Shown here piece after piece: positions 55,779 through 64,000 of a stretch of DNA of 64,000 bases. How positions within the stretch are numbered: the stretch's first letter is position 1; every line of letters begins with the position of its first letter. The stretch is from NCBI GenBank assembly GCA_963707915.1, contig OY970178.1:2368001-2432000 (forward strand). Reading direction: 5' to 3'. Under the pieces are notes generated by a model, which saw nothing but the letters and a program-made list of their open reading frames with translations, had not been told where the DNA came from and did no database searches. The translations under genes were made by a program, and so were the position numbers. This stretch comes from Candidatus Eiseniibacteriota bacterium (lineage in GTDB: Bacteria > Eisenbacteria > RBG-16-71-46).

Positions 55779-57341
55779 CTAGGGCCGCGCGAGCCGGCCC
55801 ATGAACAGGATGCACCCGCTGCGCGTGTCGCGGATCAGGAACAGGAACGGCCGATCGGCACGGAACTCGGGGACGAACGGGACCTGCTCCTGCGGGCCGG
55901 TCTCGGACGCCACCACGTTGATGGCGGTCGCGGCGGCGGCCTCGGCGCCCCGTTCGTTCACCTCGACGAACGCCTTGTGGAACACATCGCCGATGAACGC
56001 TGCGGCGTCCGCGCCCGCCGGCTCGAACATGCCGCCGAACTGCGCGGTCGCGCCGTCGAACGCCCGCGCCATGCCCGCGGCACGCAGCGCGGCGCCCAGC
56101 TGGTAGTCGCCTTCGAGCCTGAACCTGGGCAGCCTCAGGTACACGCGCCGCTTCTCCATCTGTGCGATCCACCGCGACAGCGCCGCGGCGCCGAGGGAGC
56201 GTTCGATCGCCGGAAGGCCCGCAGGCGAGCCGGGCAGGAGGACCACCATGGACAGGTCCCCGCCCTTGTAGGGGATCTCGGCGAGCTGGAAACCGCCGGC
56301 GCCGGGGTAGAGCGTCCCGGTCTTCGGGCGCGATCCTGCCGGGATCATGTGCGGCGTCGGGAACAGGCCGCCATCCGCGCGGAACGCCGCGTAGCGTGCC
56401 CCGCCGAGGCTTCGCTGCATGAGCGCGACCTGCGCGGTGTCGCCGCTCGCGAGGTGGAACGTCTGCGCCTGGGTCGCGGCGACGGAGAAGACCTCCTCCC
56501 ATTCGCCCCTGAAGTAGATCGCGTTCGCCAGGACCAGCCGGGTCAGCCGGTCGACGCTGCCGGGCGGCAGCAGGTCCCGGATGCGCTGCCGGGTCTCGTC
56601 GGCCACCCACCCGTTGATCCGCAGGCGGGCCGCTTCGGGTGCCGTCCGGAAGTCGACCGGCTGGAATCCCCCGGTCCCGTAGTGCCGCGCGAGCGTGGCG
56701 ATGAACTCCGGCCGCGGAGTGTCCGCCGAGTCGCCCCAGATCGCGTTGGCCACGCGCAGTTCGTAGCGGCCGACCTGCGGCGCCAGCTCGTTGACCCGAG
56801 CCGCGAGCGCGGCGGCGCGCTCGCCCGCCGCGATCGCCGCCTGCCAATCGTTCGCGCGCCGCAGGCGGACCGCCTCCCGGTCCTCCTCCTCGAACGCCGC
56901 CCGCAGCGAATCCAGCCGCGCCTGCGCGCCCGGAGGCCCGCTGGCGTCGCCGCGTTCGCCGGCGCGCAGCAGCGCGCCGAGCCCGGCATGCACGGGCCCG
57001 AAGTCCCACGGTCGCGCCGCGGCGTCGGCACCGCGCCGCCGCAACGCGGCCGGCAGGCGCAGCACGTCGCCGATCTGCCTGGCGGTCTCCCCCCTCGCCC
57101 CCTCGGCCGTCATCGCCAGCACGGTGAACACCGAGTACGGCGAGAAGAAGAGGTTGCCGTCCTTCCCGCCGCCGATGCGCCGGTAGAGGTCCACCGCGAA
57201 CGCGTCCTGCATCTGCACCACCCCCGCCACCTCCCCCGGGGACGTGGCGACCCCGCCGGCCGCCGGACCGGCCGGCACGGCGAACGACGACGCCAGCACG
57301 GCGACGAGGACACCACCCGGGACCCAGACCCTCGCTCTCAT
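55779..57341 (-). CDS. Secreted serpin
   Basis: NLFFSPYS, INGWVADET, LVLANAIYFRGEW, EVNERGAEAAAAT hinge, FRADRPFLFLIRD, ILFMGR. Confidence 0.95.
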   Translation of the reverse strand: MRARVWVPGGVLVAVLASSFAVPAGPAAGGVATSPGEVAGVVQMQDAFAVDLYRRIGGGKDGNLFFSPYSVFTVLAMTAEGARGETARQIGDVLRLPAALRRRGADAAARPWDFGPVHAGLGALLRAGERGDASGPPGAQARLDSLRAAFEEEDREAVRLRRANDWQAAIAAGERAAALAARVNELAPQVGRYELRVANAIWGDSADTPRPEFIATLARHYGTGGFQPVDFRTAPEAARLRINGWVADETRQRIRDLLPPGSVDRLTRLVLANAIYFRGEWEEVFSVAATQAQTFHLASGDTAQVALMQRSLGGARYAAFRADGGLFPTPHMIPAGSRPKTGTLYPGAGGFQLAEIPYKGGDLSMVVLLPGSPAGLPAIERSLGAAALSRWIAQMEKRRVYLRLPRFRLEGDYQLGAALRAAGMARAFDGATAQFGGMFEPAGADAAAFIGDVFHKAFVEVNERGAEAAAATAINVVASETGPQEQVPFVPEFRADRPFLFLIRDTRSGCILFMGRLARP

Positions 57342-58159
57342 GGCTCACGCCCTCCTTCCCGCTCCGGGACCTCGATCATGCCCTCGAGATAGGGCGCGGC
57401 GCGCCCCGCGATGATGACGCGATCCCCCAGGTCCTCGCAGAACAACTCACCGCCACGCGCCGACACCTGCCGCGCGTGCAGCGTGCGCTTGCCCAGCCGG
57501 CCGGCCCAGTACGGCACGAGCATGCAGTGGGCCGAGCCGGTGACCGGGTCCTCGGGCACCCCGACCAGGGGCGCGAAGAAGCGCGAGACGAAGTCGCATC
57601 CCGTGCCCGGCGCGGTGACGCACACCGCGTGGAGCCCGAGCGCCTTCACCCGCGCGAAGTCCGGCTGGAGCGCGCGCACCTCCGCTTCGTCCGCGAACAC
57701 CGCGAGCAGGTCGCGCGACATCAGCGTGGCGAGCGGCGCGGCCCCCAGCGCCTCCGCGAGCCCCGCGGGCGGCGCGCACTCCCGCGCCGGGCGCGACGGG
57801 AACTCCATCGCCAGCAGGTCGCCGCAGCGCTCCACCACCAGCGGGCCGCTCCGCGAGTGGAAGGTCACGCTGGCGCGGGCGGGATCGAGCCAGTGGAAGA
57901 TCACGAAGGCCGACGCCAGCGTGGCGTGACCGCAGAGGTCGACCTCGGCCGCCGGCGTGAACCAGCGGATGTCGTAGTCGCGTCCCGTCCCGCTCCCCGC
58001 GGCGGGCACGAGGAAGGCGGTCTCGGAGAGGTTGTTCTCCGCCGCGATGGCCCGCATGAGCGGCTCGTCGATCCAGCGCTCGAGCGGGCAGACGGCGGCC
58101 GGGTTGCCGGCGAAGACCGCGCCGGTGAACGCGTCCACCTGGTAGAGCGGGAGCCTCAC
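57338..58159 (-). CDS. PhzF family isomerase/epimerase
   Basis: QVDAFT..FAGNPAAV, NLSETAF, LCGHATLA, EDPVTGSAH. Confidence 0.94.
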   Translation of the reverse strand: MRLPLYQVDAFTGAVFAGNPAAVCPLERWIDEPLMRAIAAENNLSETAFLVPAAGSGTGRDYDIRWFTPAAEVDLCGHATLASAFVIFHWLDPARASVTFHSRSGPLVVERCGDLLAMEFPSRPARECAPPAGLAEALGAAPLATLMSRDLLAVFADEAEVRALQPDFARVKALGLHAVCVTAPGTGCDFVSRFFAPLVGVPEDPVTGSAHCMLVPYWAGRLGKRTLHARQVSARGGELFCEDLGDRVIIAGRAAPYLEGMIEVPEREGGREP

Positions 58160-58668
58160 CGCGGCGCCTCGCTCGCGGGCGGCGCCGCCCCGTCCGGCCG
58201 CGGCCCGAGCTCCAGCTCCATGAACAGCGCGCCGGGGATGGGGTTGTGGCGGTAGGGCGCGGTCGGCGCGAAGCCCAGCACGCGGTAGAGCGCGATGGCC
58301 TCCGCCATCTGCGGGACCGTGTCGAGCTTCATGCGCGCATAGCCGCGCTCCCGCGCGCCGGCGATCACCGCTTCGCACAGCCGGCGGCCGACCCCGCGGC
58401 CGCGGGCCACCGGCCGCACGTAGAGCCGCTTCAGCTCGCAGGTCCGTTCGTCCAGGGCGCGCAGGGCGACGCATCCGACCGGCCGCTCGCCGTCCATGGC
58501 CAGCAGCAGGGCGCCGCGCGGCGGCGCGTACGCGCCGGGCAGTCCGGCCACCTCGCGGTCGAAGTCCTGGAAGCACAGGTCGAAGCCGACCGCGGACTGG
58601 TACTCGAGGAACAGGTCGCGCGCCGCGGCCAGCTGGGCTGCCGACTGGACCTGGACGGGCCGGATCAT
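58156..58668 (-). CDS. GNAT family N-acetyltransferase
   Basis: LCFQDF, CELKRLYV, RGRGVG, AIALYR..GF. Confidence 0.92.
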   Translation of the reverse strand: MIRPVQVQSAAQLAAARDLFLEYQSAVGFDLCFQDFDREVAGLPGAYAPPRGALLLAMDGERPVGCVALRALDERTCELKRLYVRPVARGRGVGRRLCEAVIAGARERGYARMKLDTVPQMAEAIALYRVLGFAPTAPYRHNPIPGALFMELELGPRPDGAAPPASEAPR

Positions 58669-58753
58669 GGCCGCGAGGTTAGCAAAGAAGCCGTTCGGGG
58701 AGCACCCGGCGAGCGGCGGCCCGCCCCGTCCCCCGTCGCGCCGTCCGCGAGGC

Positions 58754-59680
58754 TCACCGGCCGGTCTCGGGCGCCGGGACGTCGGCGTCCGCGGCCGCGC
58801 GGCTGCGGGCCGAGACCACCACGCCCGCGACGCAGACCAGCGCGGCCCCCACCCACTGGTGGAACACCGGCGCGCGCCCGAACAGGAGCGCCTCGAACGC
58901 GTAGGTGATGACCACGCCGGCGTACGAGACCGCGCTCAGCTTCGCCGCGCGGCCCAGCCCGTAGGCGCGGCTCATCGCCACCTGCCCGAGCCCCCCGGCC
59001 GCCGCGCTCGCCAGCAGCGGCACCAGGGCCCGCGGCGAGGGCACCACGAAGTGCGGCAGCGAGACCAGCAGCAGGGTCACGCCGGCGACGAGCGACATGT
59101 GCAGGGCGATGGCCTCGCTGCTCTCGCTCGGGCCGAGGCGGCGCAGCCGCAGGATGGCGAAGCCGTAGGAGAGCGCGCCCAGCAGCAGCGCCAGGGCCAG
59201 GTCGCCCGAGACGTGCAGCGCCGGCTGCGCCAGCACCGCCACGCCCACGAACCCCAGCGTGGCCCCGGCCAGCACGCGCGGCGGCACGCGTTCGCCCAGC
59301 ACCGGGCCCGAGAACAGCGCGACGAACAGTGGCGCCGTCGCCGTGAGCGTGGCCACGTCGCCCAGCGCGATGCGCTTCGAGCCCAGCGCCAGGAACACCG
59401 CGAGCGCGTTCACGGTGCCGAAGATCGACCGCAGCCAGGCGTTCTTCTGGTCGCGCACCACCAGCGACACGCCGCGCGCGCGGCCGAGCCCCCAGGCCAC
59501 CAGCGCGCCGCCCAGGAAGCGCACGCCGCCGATCTCCCAGCCCGGCAGGTCCGCCGCGCCCCAGCGGGTCGCCTGGCGCATGAGCGCGAAGCAGGTCTCG
59601 GTGACCAGGATCCAGAAGACGCCGCTGCGCAGCAGCCGCAGGGGAAGCGTGGGACGGAACGACGCGGCGGCGGCGGACAT
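58754..59680 (-). CDS. DMT/EamA family transporter
   Basis: About 10 TM helices; TAPLFVALFS..LGE motif. Confidence 0.88.
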   Translation of the reverse strand: MSAAAASFRPTLPLRLLRSGVFWILVTETCFALMRQATRWGAADLPGWEIGGVRFLGGALVAWGLGRARGVSLVVRDQKNAWLRSIFGTVNALAVFLALGSKRIALGDVATLTATAPLFVALFSGPVLGERVPPRVLAGATLGFVGVAVLAQPALHVSGDLALALLLGALSYGFAILRLRRLGPSESSEAIALHMSLVAGVTLLLVSLPHFVVPSPRALVPLLASAAAGGLGQVAMSRAYGLGRAAKLSAVSYAGVVITYAFEALLFGRAPVFHQWVGAALVCVAGVVVSARSRAAADADVPAPETGR

Positions 59681-59895
59681 GGCGCCTGCAGGATGCCATG
59701 TCGCGGGCGGCGAGGCGAGGGCGGGCGGCGGGACGACCCGGGCACGTCGCGCGGCCGCCGCCGGGCGCGCGTTCCCGGTCGCGCCCGCCCGCATCCCCGT
59801 CCGCGGCCGGCGCTTGCCCGATCTTCGCGCTTCCCTGTAAGCGAATCGGCCCTTAGCCTCGACCTAGTGGACGAGCCGGGAGGAGCGAAAGGGCC

Positions 59896-60483
59896 ATGCC
59901 GAGCGACCTGAAGTCCGATCGGGACCTGAGCGAGCGAGCCAGACGCGGTGACGCCGCCGCCTGGCGGGTCATCTACGACTCGACCTGCGACCGCCTGTTC
60001 GCCTTCCTCTGCTACCAGATCGGCGACCGCGACGAGGCCCGGGACATCCTGCAGGAGACTTACCTGCAGGCGTTCCGCAGCCTGGACCGCTACCGGGGCG
60101 AAGCGCCCCTGGCGGTCTGGCTGAGGGCCATCGCCTTCGGCCGCGCGACCGACTGGAAGCGGGTGTTCCTTCGCCGGCTCAAGCGGACGACGAGACTCGA
60201 CGAAGCGAGCGCGGGCGCGGATCCGGACGTGGACGAGGTGCGGTTCGCCTCCGAGGATCGCGCGCTCCACTGCGCGCTCGCGCGGCTCTCCCCGCATCAA
60301 CGCGCGGCGCTCCTGCTGCGCGAATGGGAGGACCTCGGCTTCGGCGAGATCGCGAAGCTCCTCGGCTGCGCCGAGAGCACCGCACGGGTCCACTACGCCA
60401 GGGCTCGCGAGCACATGCGCGCGGCCCTGCGCGGCAGCGAGCGCCTCCTGGTAGGGCGCGGCTGGGAAGGGCAGGAGTCATGA
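59896..60483 (+). CDS. ECF RNA polymerase sigma-70 factor
   Basis: GGAGGAG RBS; ARDILQETY, YRGEAPLAVWL, EIAKLLG..ESTARVHYARAR. Confidence 0.92.
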   Translation: MPSDLKSDRDLSERARRGDAAAWRVIYDSTCDRLFAFLCYQIGDRDEARDILQETYLQAFRSLDRYRGEAPLAVWLRAIAFGRATDWKRVFLRRLKRTTRLDEASAGADPDVDEVRFASEDRALHCALARLSPHQRAALLLREWEDLGFGEIAKLLGCAESTARVHYARAREHMRAALRGSERLLVGRGWEGQES

Positions 60484-63002
60484 AGGAGATCCTCGATCGT
60501 CATGCGGAGCGGCTCACGCCCGAGGAACGGCGGGCGACCTGGAGCCGGATCTCGGAGGCCCGAGCGGCCCACCGGCGGTTCACGATGCGCCGGGCGGTCC
60601 CGGCGCTGGCGATGGTGGCCACCGTGGTGGTCGCGGTCAGCGTGATCGCGGTGCTGCAGCGGGAGCGGTCGCTCCCGTGGAACTCCACCGCGGAGCGGTT
60701 CCTGCGTTCCTCCGCGCCGGTGGTGGAACCTGCGCCTGCAGCGCGACCCGCGCGGCCGGAAGCGCTGCGGCCGGGCACGGTGGCGGAGAGCGGACCCGCT
60801 GCGCAGGCTCCCGCCCACGGGCGCGAGGAGTCGGTCGCCCCGCGGAAGGCCCCGCGGGCGACCGCACCGCCCCGGGCCACCGCGATCGGCCCGCCGGCCG
60901 TGGCGCCGGAGGTTCCGGCCGCCCGAATCGTTCCGCTGCCCATTGCCGGCGCGACGCCGGCCGTCCCCGCATCGGGCGACGCGGGCGTGGTGGAAGGACG
61001 GGTCACGGACGAGAAGAACCAGCCGGTGCCCTTCGCCTCGGTGTCCATCCCCTCGGCCCGCCGGGGCGCGCTGAGCGACGAGCACGGCAACTACCGCATC
61101 AGCGGAGTGGCCCCGGGGCCGACGGAGCTCCAAGTCAGGTACCTCGGCTACCGTCCGACCGCCAGGCGGACCCTCGTCTCGCCGGGAGCCACCTCCACGG
61201 TGGACATCACGATGACCGAGCCGCTCGCGATCCAGCAGCTCGAGAGCATCGAGGTGACGGCGCAGAAGCGCATCCTGGAGACGAAGCAGGGTACGACCGT
61301 GCGGTCGGTCATCCCCGGGCGACTGAAGGAGATCCCGGTCGACAACCTTCGCGAGGCCACCCGCATCAAGGCCGGCATCGTGGCCCAGGGCGGCGAGCTG
61401 CACTTCCGCGGTGGCCGCGGTGACGGGGTCCAGTTCCAGCACAGCGGCATCGCCGCGGCCCCGGCCCAGCCCCCGGTCGTCCCCACGACCGGCGGCACGA
61501 AGCTCCCGAACGACGAGGCGTTCGACTCGATGTTCTTCCGCGACTACGGGGTCAACCCGTTCGTCGCGACCGACGAGGACCCGCTGTCCACGTTCGCGGT
61601 GGACGTGGACGCGGCCTCCTACACCCTGACGCGCCGCTACCTCGGGCTGGGCCAGCTCCCACCGAAGGACGCCGTGCGCGTCGAGGAGTTCGTCAACTTC
61701 TTCAGGCAGGGCTACCCGCGGTTCGAGGACGACGACTTCCGCATCCTCGTGGACGGCGCGCCCTCGGCGTTCGGCGCCGGCTACCAGCTGGTGCGGATCG
61801 GCATCAAGGGCCGCGAGGTGTCGGAACGCGACCGCAAGCCCGCGCGGCTGACCTTCGTCATCGACGTGTCCGGCTCGATGGACCGGGAGAACCGCCTGGA
61901 GCTGGTGAAGCGCGCGCTGCGGCTGCTGGTGGACGAGCTGCATGCCGAGGACCGGGTCGGGATCGTGGTCTACAACACGAAGGGTCGCGTGCTGCTCGAG
62001 CCGGTCGCGCTGGGCGGGCCGCGGCCGTGGCGGGCCCCGTGGGAGCACGCCGACGAGCGCGGCGCCGGCGCGCGGAAGGCGCCGGCGCGCGGCCGCGAGC
62101 GCGTGCTGAAGGCGATCGAGCGGCTCGCGCCCGGGGGCAGCACCAACGCCGAGGAGGGGCTCCGGCTCGGCTACGAGATGGCGCGGCGCGCCTACCGGCC
62201 GGGGGTGATCAACCGGATCGTGCTGTGCTCGGACGGCGTGGCCAACGTGGGCGCGACCGGTCCCGAGGCGATCCTCCGCCTGGTGCGCGGTGAGGCCGAT
62301 CGCGGCATCCACCTGACCACGGTCGGGGTCGGCATGGGCAACTACAACGACGTGCTGCTGGAGCAGCTCGCCGACCAGGGGGACGGGAACCACTACTACG
62401 TGGACGACGAGAAGGAGGCGCGGCGTGTGCTCGTCGAGAACCTCACCGGAACGCTGCAGACCATCGCGAAGGACGCCAAGGTCCAGGTGGAGTTCGACTC
62501 CACGCGCGTGGCCCGCTACCGCCTGCTCGGCTTCGAGAATCGCGACGTCGCCGACCGCGACTTCCGCAACGACAAGGTGGACGCCGGCGAGATCGGCGCC
62601 GGCCACGAGGTCACTGCGCTCTACGAGGTGAAGCTGACGCCCGGGGCCGCGCCGGGGCGGCTCGCGACCGTGCGGTTCCGCTACGCGCGGCCCGAGTACG
62701 AGGGCGCAGGCGCCCCGCGGGTCCGCGAGCTCGAGCGCACGTTCGACGTCGCGGACCTCGCGCGCCGCTTCGAGGACGCCTCGCCCCGCTTCCGGCTGGA
62801 CGCGGCGGTGGCCGAGTTCGCCGAGCTCCTGCGCGGCAGCTACTGGGCCCGCGACGGCCGGTTCGCCGACGTGCTGGCCGTGGCGCGCGAGGCGGCCGGG
62901 GCGCTGGGCGACGGCCCCTCCGCCGAGTTCGTCACGCTGGTGGAAAAGGCGGCCGCGCTGGGGCTGGGGCCGAAGTCGGAAGGGCGCGGCGGGACGAAGT
63001 AG
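60480..63002 (+). CDS. Membrane-anchored YfbK-like VWA protein with carboxypeptidase-regulatory-like and plug-like segments
   Basis: ATGA overlap with the sigma gene; TM helix; GRVTDEKNQPVPFASV; PLSTFAVDVDAASY; DVSGS MIDAS; SDGVANVG; YRLLGFENR; DAGEIGAGH. Confidence 0.9.
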   Translation: MKEILDRHAERLTPEERRATWSRISEARAAHRRFTMRRAVPALAMVATVVVAVSVIAVLQRERSLPWNSTAERFLRSSAPVVEPAPAARPARPEALRPGTVAESGPAAQAPAHGREESVAPRKAPRATAPPRATAIGPPAVAPEVPAARIVPLPIAGATPAVPASGDAGVVEGRVTDEKNQPVPFASVSIPSARRGALSDEHGNYRISGVAPGPTELQVRYLGYRPTARRTLVSPGATSTVDITMTEPLAIQQLESIEVTAQKRILETKQGTTVRSVIPGRLKEIPVDNLREATRIKAGIVAQGGELHFRGGRGDGVQFQHSGIAAAPAQPPVVPTTGGTKLPNDEAFDSMFFRDYGVNPFVATDEDPLSTFAVDVDAASYTLTRRYLGLGQLPPKDAVRVEEFVNFFRQGYPRFEDDDFRILVDGAPSAFGAGYQLVRIGIKGREVSERDRKPARLTFVIDVSGSMDRENRLELVKRALRLLVDELHAEDRVGIVVYNTKGRVLLEPVALGGPRPWRAPWEHADERGAGARKAPARGRERVLKAIERLAPGGSTNAEEGLRLGYEMARRAYRPGVINRIVLCSDGVANVGATGPEAILRLVRGEADRGIHLTTVGVGMGNYNDVLLEQLADQGDGNHYYVDDEKEARRVLVENLTGTLQTIAKDAKVQVEFDSTRVARYRLLGFENRDVADRDFRNDKVDAGEIGAGHEVTALYEVKLTPGAAPGRLATVRFRYARPEYEGAGAPRVRELERTFDVADLARRFEDASPRFRLDAAVAEFAELLRGSYWARDGRFADVLAVAREAAGALGDGPSAEFVTLVEKAAALGLGPKSEGRGGTK

Positions 63003-63114
63003 CCGCCGGACGGGGCGCCGGGGCCCACCGGAATGGGCCCGCGCTCCGTGGCGCGGGGCGGCCGCTGCCGGCCCCCCGCGCCGCGGCGGTGCGGAGGGCG
63101 AAGGGGCCCGCCCA

Positions 63115-63195
63115 TTACCCCAGCCGGTCCCAGACGCGCTTCGCGCACTCCTTGGCGCGCGCGGCCACCTCGCGCTCGTCCACGTTCGGCCGGAC
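63115..63195 (-). pseudogene. Orphan 3' gene fragment resembling the C-terminal helix of SsnA/MtaD-type amidohydrolases
   Basis: Reads VRPNVDEREVAARAKECAKRVWDRLG* with host-like codons; bounded upstream by an in-frame TAG (63196-63198) where AT-rich sequence starts. Confidence 0.55.
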
Positions 63196-63224
63196 CTATG
63201 TGGTTATTAGACAAATTATCCATT

Positions 63225-63254
63225 TTGGCTAACCCGAGTTGTTTCTGCTATAAA
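63225..63254 (+). promoter_or_regulatory. Sigma-70-type promoter of the ATPase gene
   Basis: TTGGCT-N18-TATAAA with TG extension; ATG lies 7 nt downstream with no RBS. Confidence 0.6.
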
Positions 63255-63261
63255 CGACGGC

Positions 63262-64000
63262 ATGGACGCCATCCGAAACCCCTACACACCCGGGGCGGGG
63301 TCTCGACCACCCGCGCTCACAGGCCGCGACAACGAACTCCAGGCGTTCCGGATTCTCATCGAACGTGTCAGGGAGGGTCGCCCCGAGAAGAGCCTGTTGA
63401 TCACGGGGCTGCGCGGAGTAGGGAAGACGGTGCTGCTGAGCACGTTTCGGGATCTCGCCGAGTCGGCCGGCTTCAAGACGGCCGAAACGGAAATCACGCA
63501 CGAGACCAGCTTCAAGCAGATGATGGCCCGTCTTGCGCGCCGAGTGTTGCTTGAACTGAATCCGCTCGAGAAGGCCAAGGACAAGGCGTTCCAGGCCGCG
63601 AGGGTCTTCAAGGCCTTCACGTTGAAACTGCCCGGAGGCTATGAGATCGGGCTCGACATCGATGCCGTCCGTGGAAGAGCGGACTCGGGCAACCTGAGCG
63701 AGGACCTGTCAGATCTACTTTTTGCACTCGGCGAGGCTGCGCGCGAGAAGAAGACCGGGGTCGTGTTCCTTCTTGACGAGATCCAGTTCCTGGAGCGCGG
63801 TGACCTGGAGGCGCTGATCGCGGCCCTGCATTACGCGGTTCAGCGAAGCCTCCCCGTGACGGTGGTAGGCGCCGGTCTGCCGCAGTTGCCAAAGCTGGCA
63901 GGCGAGGCCAAGTCGTACGCCGAGAGGTTGTTCAACTTCCCATCCATCGATCGATTGTCGGATGACGCAGCCTGTGACGCCCTCGCGAGGCCCGCGAGGG
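63262..64000 (+). CDS. P-loop ATPase (AAA_16/STAND-like), truncated by the window end
   Basis: MDAIRNPYTPGAG..P..L.GR, GLRGVGKT Walker A, LLDEIQ Walker B, GAGLP; frame open to 64000, so absent from the ORF track. Confidence 0.9.
   Translation, partial: MDAIRNPYTPGAGSRPPALTGRDNELQAFRILIERVREGRPEKSLLITGLRGVGKTVLLSTFRDLAESAGFKTAETEITHETSFKQMMARLARRVLLELNPLEKAKDKAFQAARVFKAFTLKLPGGYEIGLDIDAVRGRADSGNLSEDLSDLLFALGEAAREKKTGVVFLLDEIQFLERGDLEALIAALHYAVQRSLPVTVVGAGLPQLPKLAGEAKSYAERLFNFPSIDRLSDDAACDALARPAR

Noticed and set aside
57338..58159. Phenazine biosynthesis cluster
   Set aside because: Only a stand-alone PhzF-family gene; no other phz genes are present.

Overview
Very GC-rich (roughly 75% by eye) chromosomal segment of a diderm bacterium. 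Gene content (small outer-membrane barrels, Ser/Thr kinase-TPR receptor, ECF sigma factors) suggests an uncultured lineage such as Ca. Eisenbacteria, which is an inference. About 52 densely packed CDSs, many coupled by ATGA/GTGA overlaps: tldD-pmbA-MFS; GT2-WecA-like; Eis-like acetyltransferase, small Tat protein and amidase; a metal-chelate ABC importer with a methyltransferase; aspartyl protease-PDZ; DsbD, YyaL, anti-sigma and ECF sigma; Mre11/Rad50-like pair with a TPR-glycosyltransferase; a disrupted ABC-F; an envelope glycosylation cluster; sppA-nth; serpin-PhzF-GNAT; ECF sigma plus a VWA chimera; and a lower-GC ATPase running off the right end. I saw no rRNA, tRNA, CRISPR array or transposase. 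Best leads: (1) a Tat-signal AtzG/GatC-like mini-protein coupled to a signal-less amidase, (2) identical back-to-back ECF promoters TGAAACC-N16-CGGTCCAAG, (3) the ECF sigma plus membrane-anchored plug/VWA chimera, (4) an orphan gene 3' end at a composition break near 63.2 kb (possible integration junction), (5) a ~150-nt structured intergenic element and (6) recurrent leaderless promoters. All family calls come from motif recognition by eye; no database search was run.
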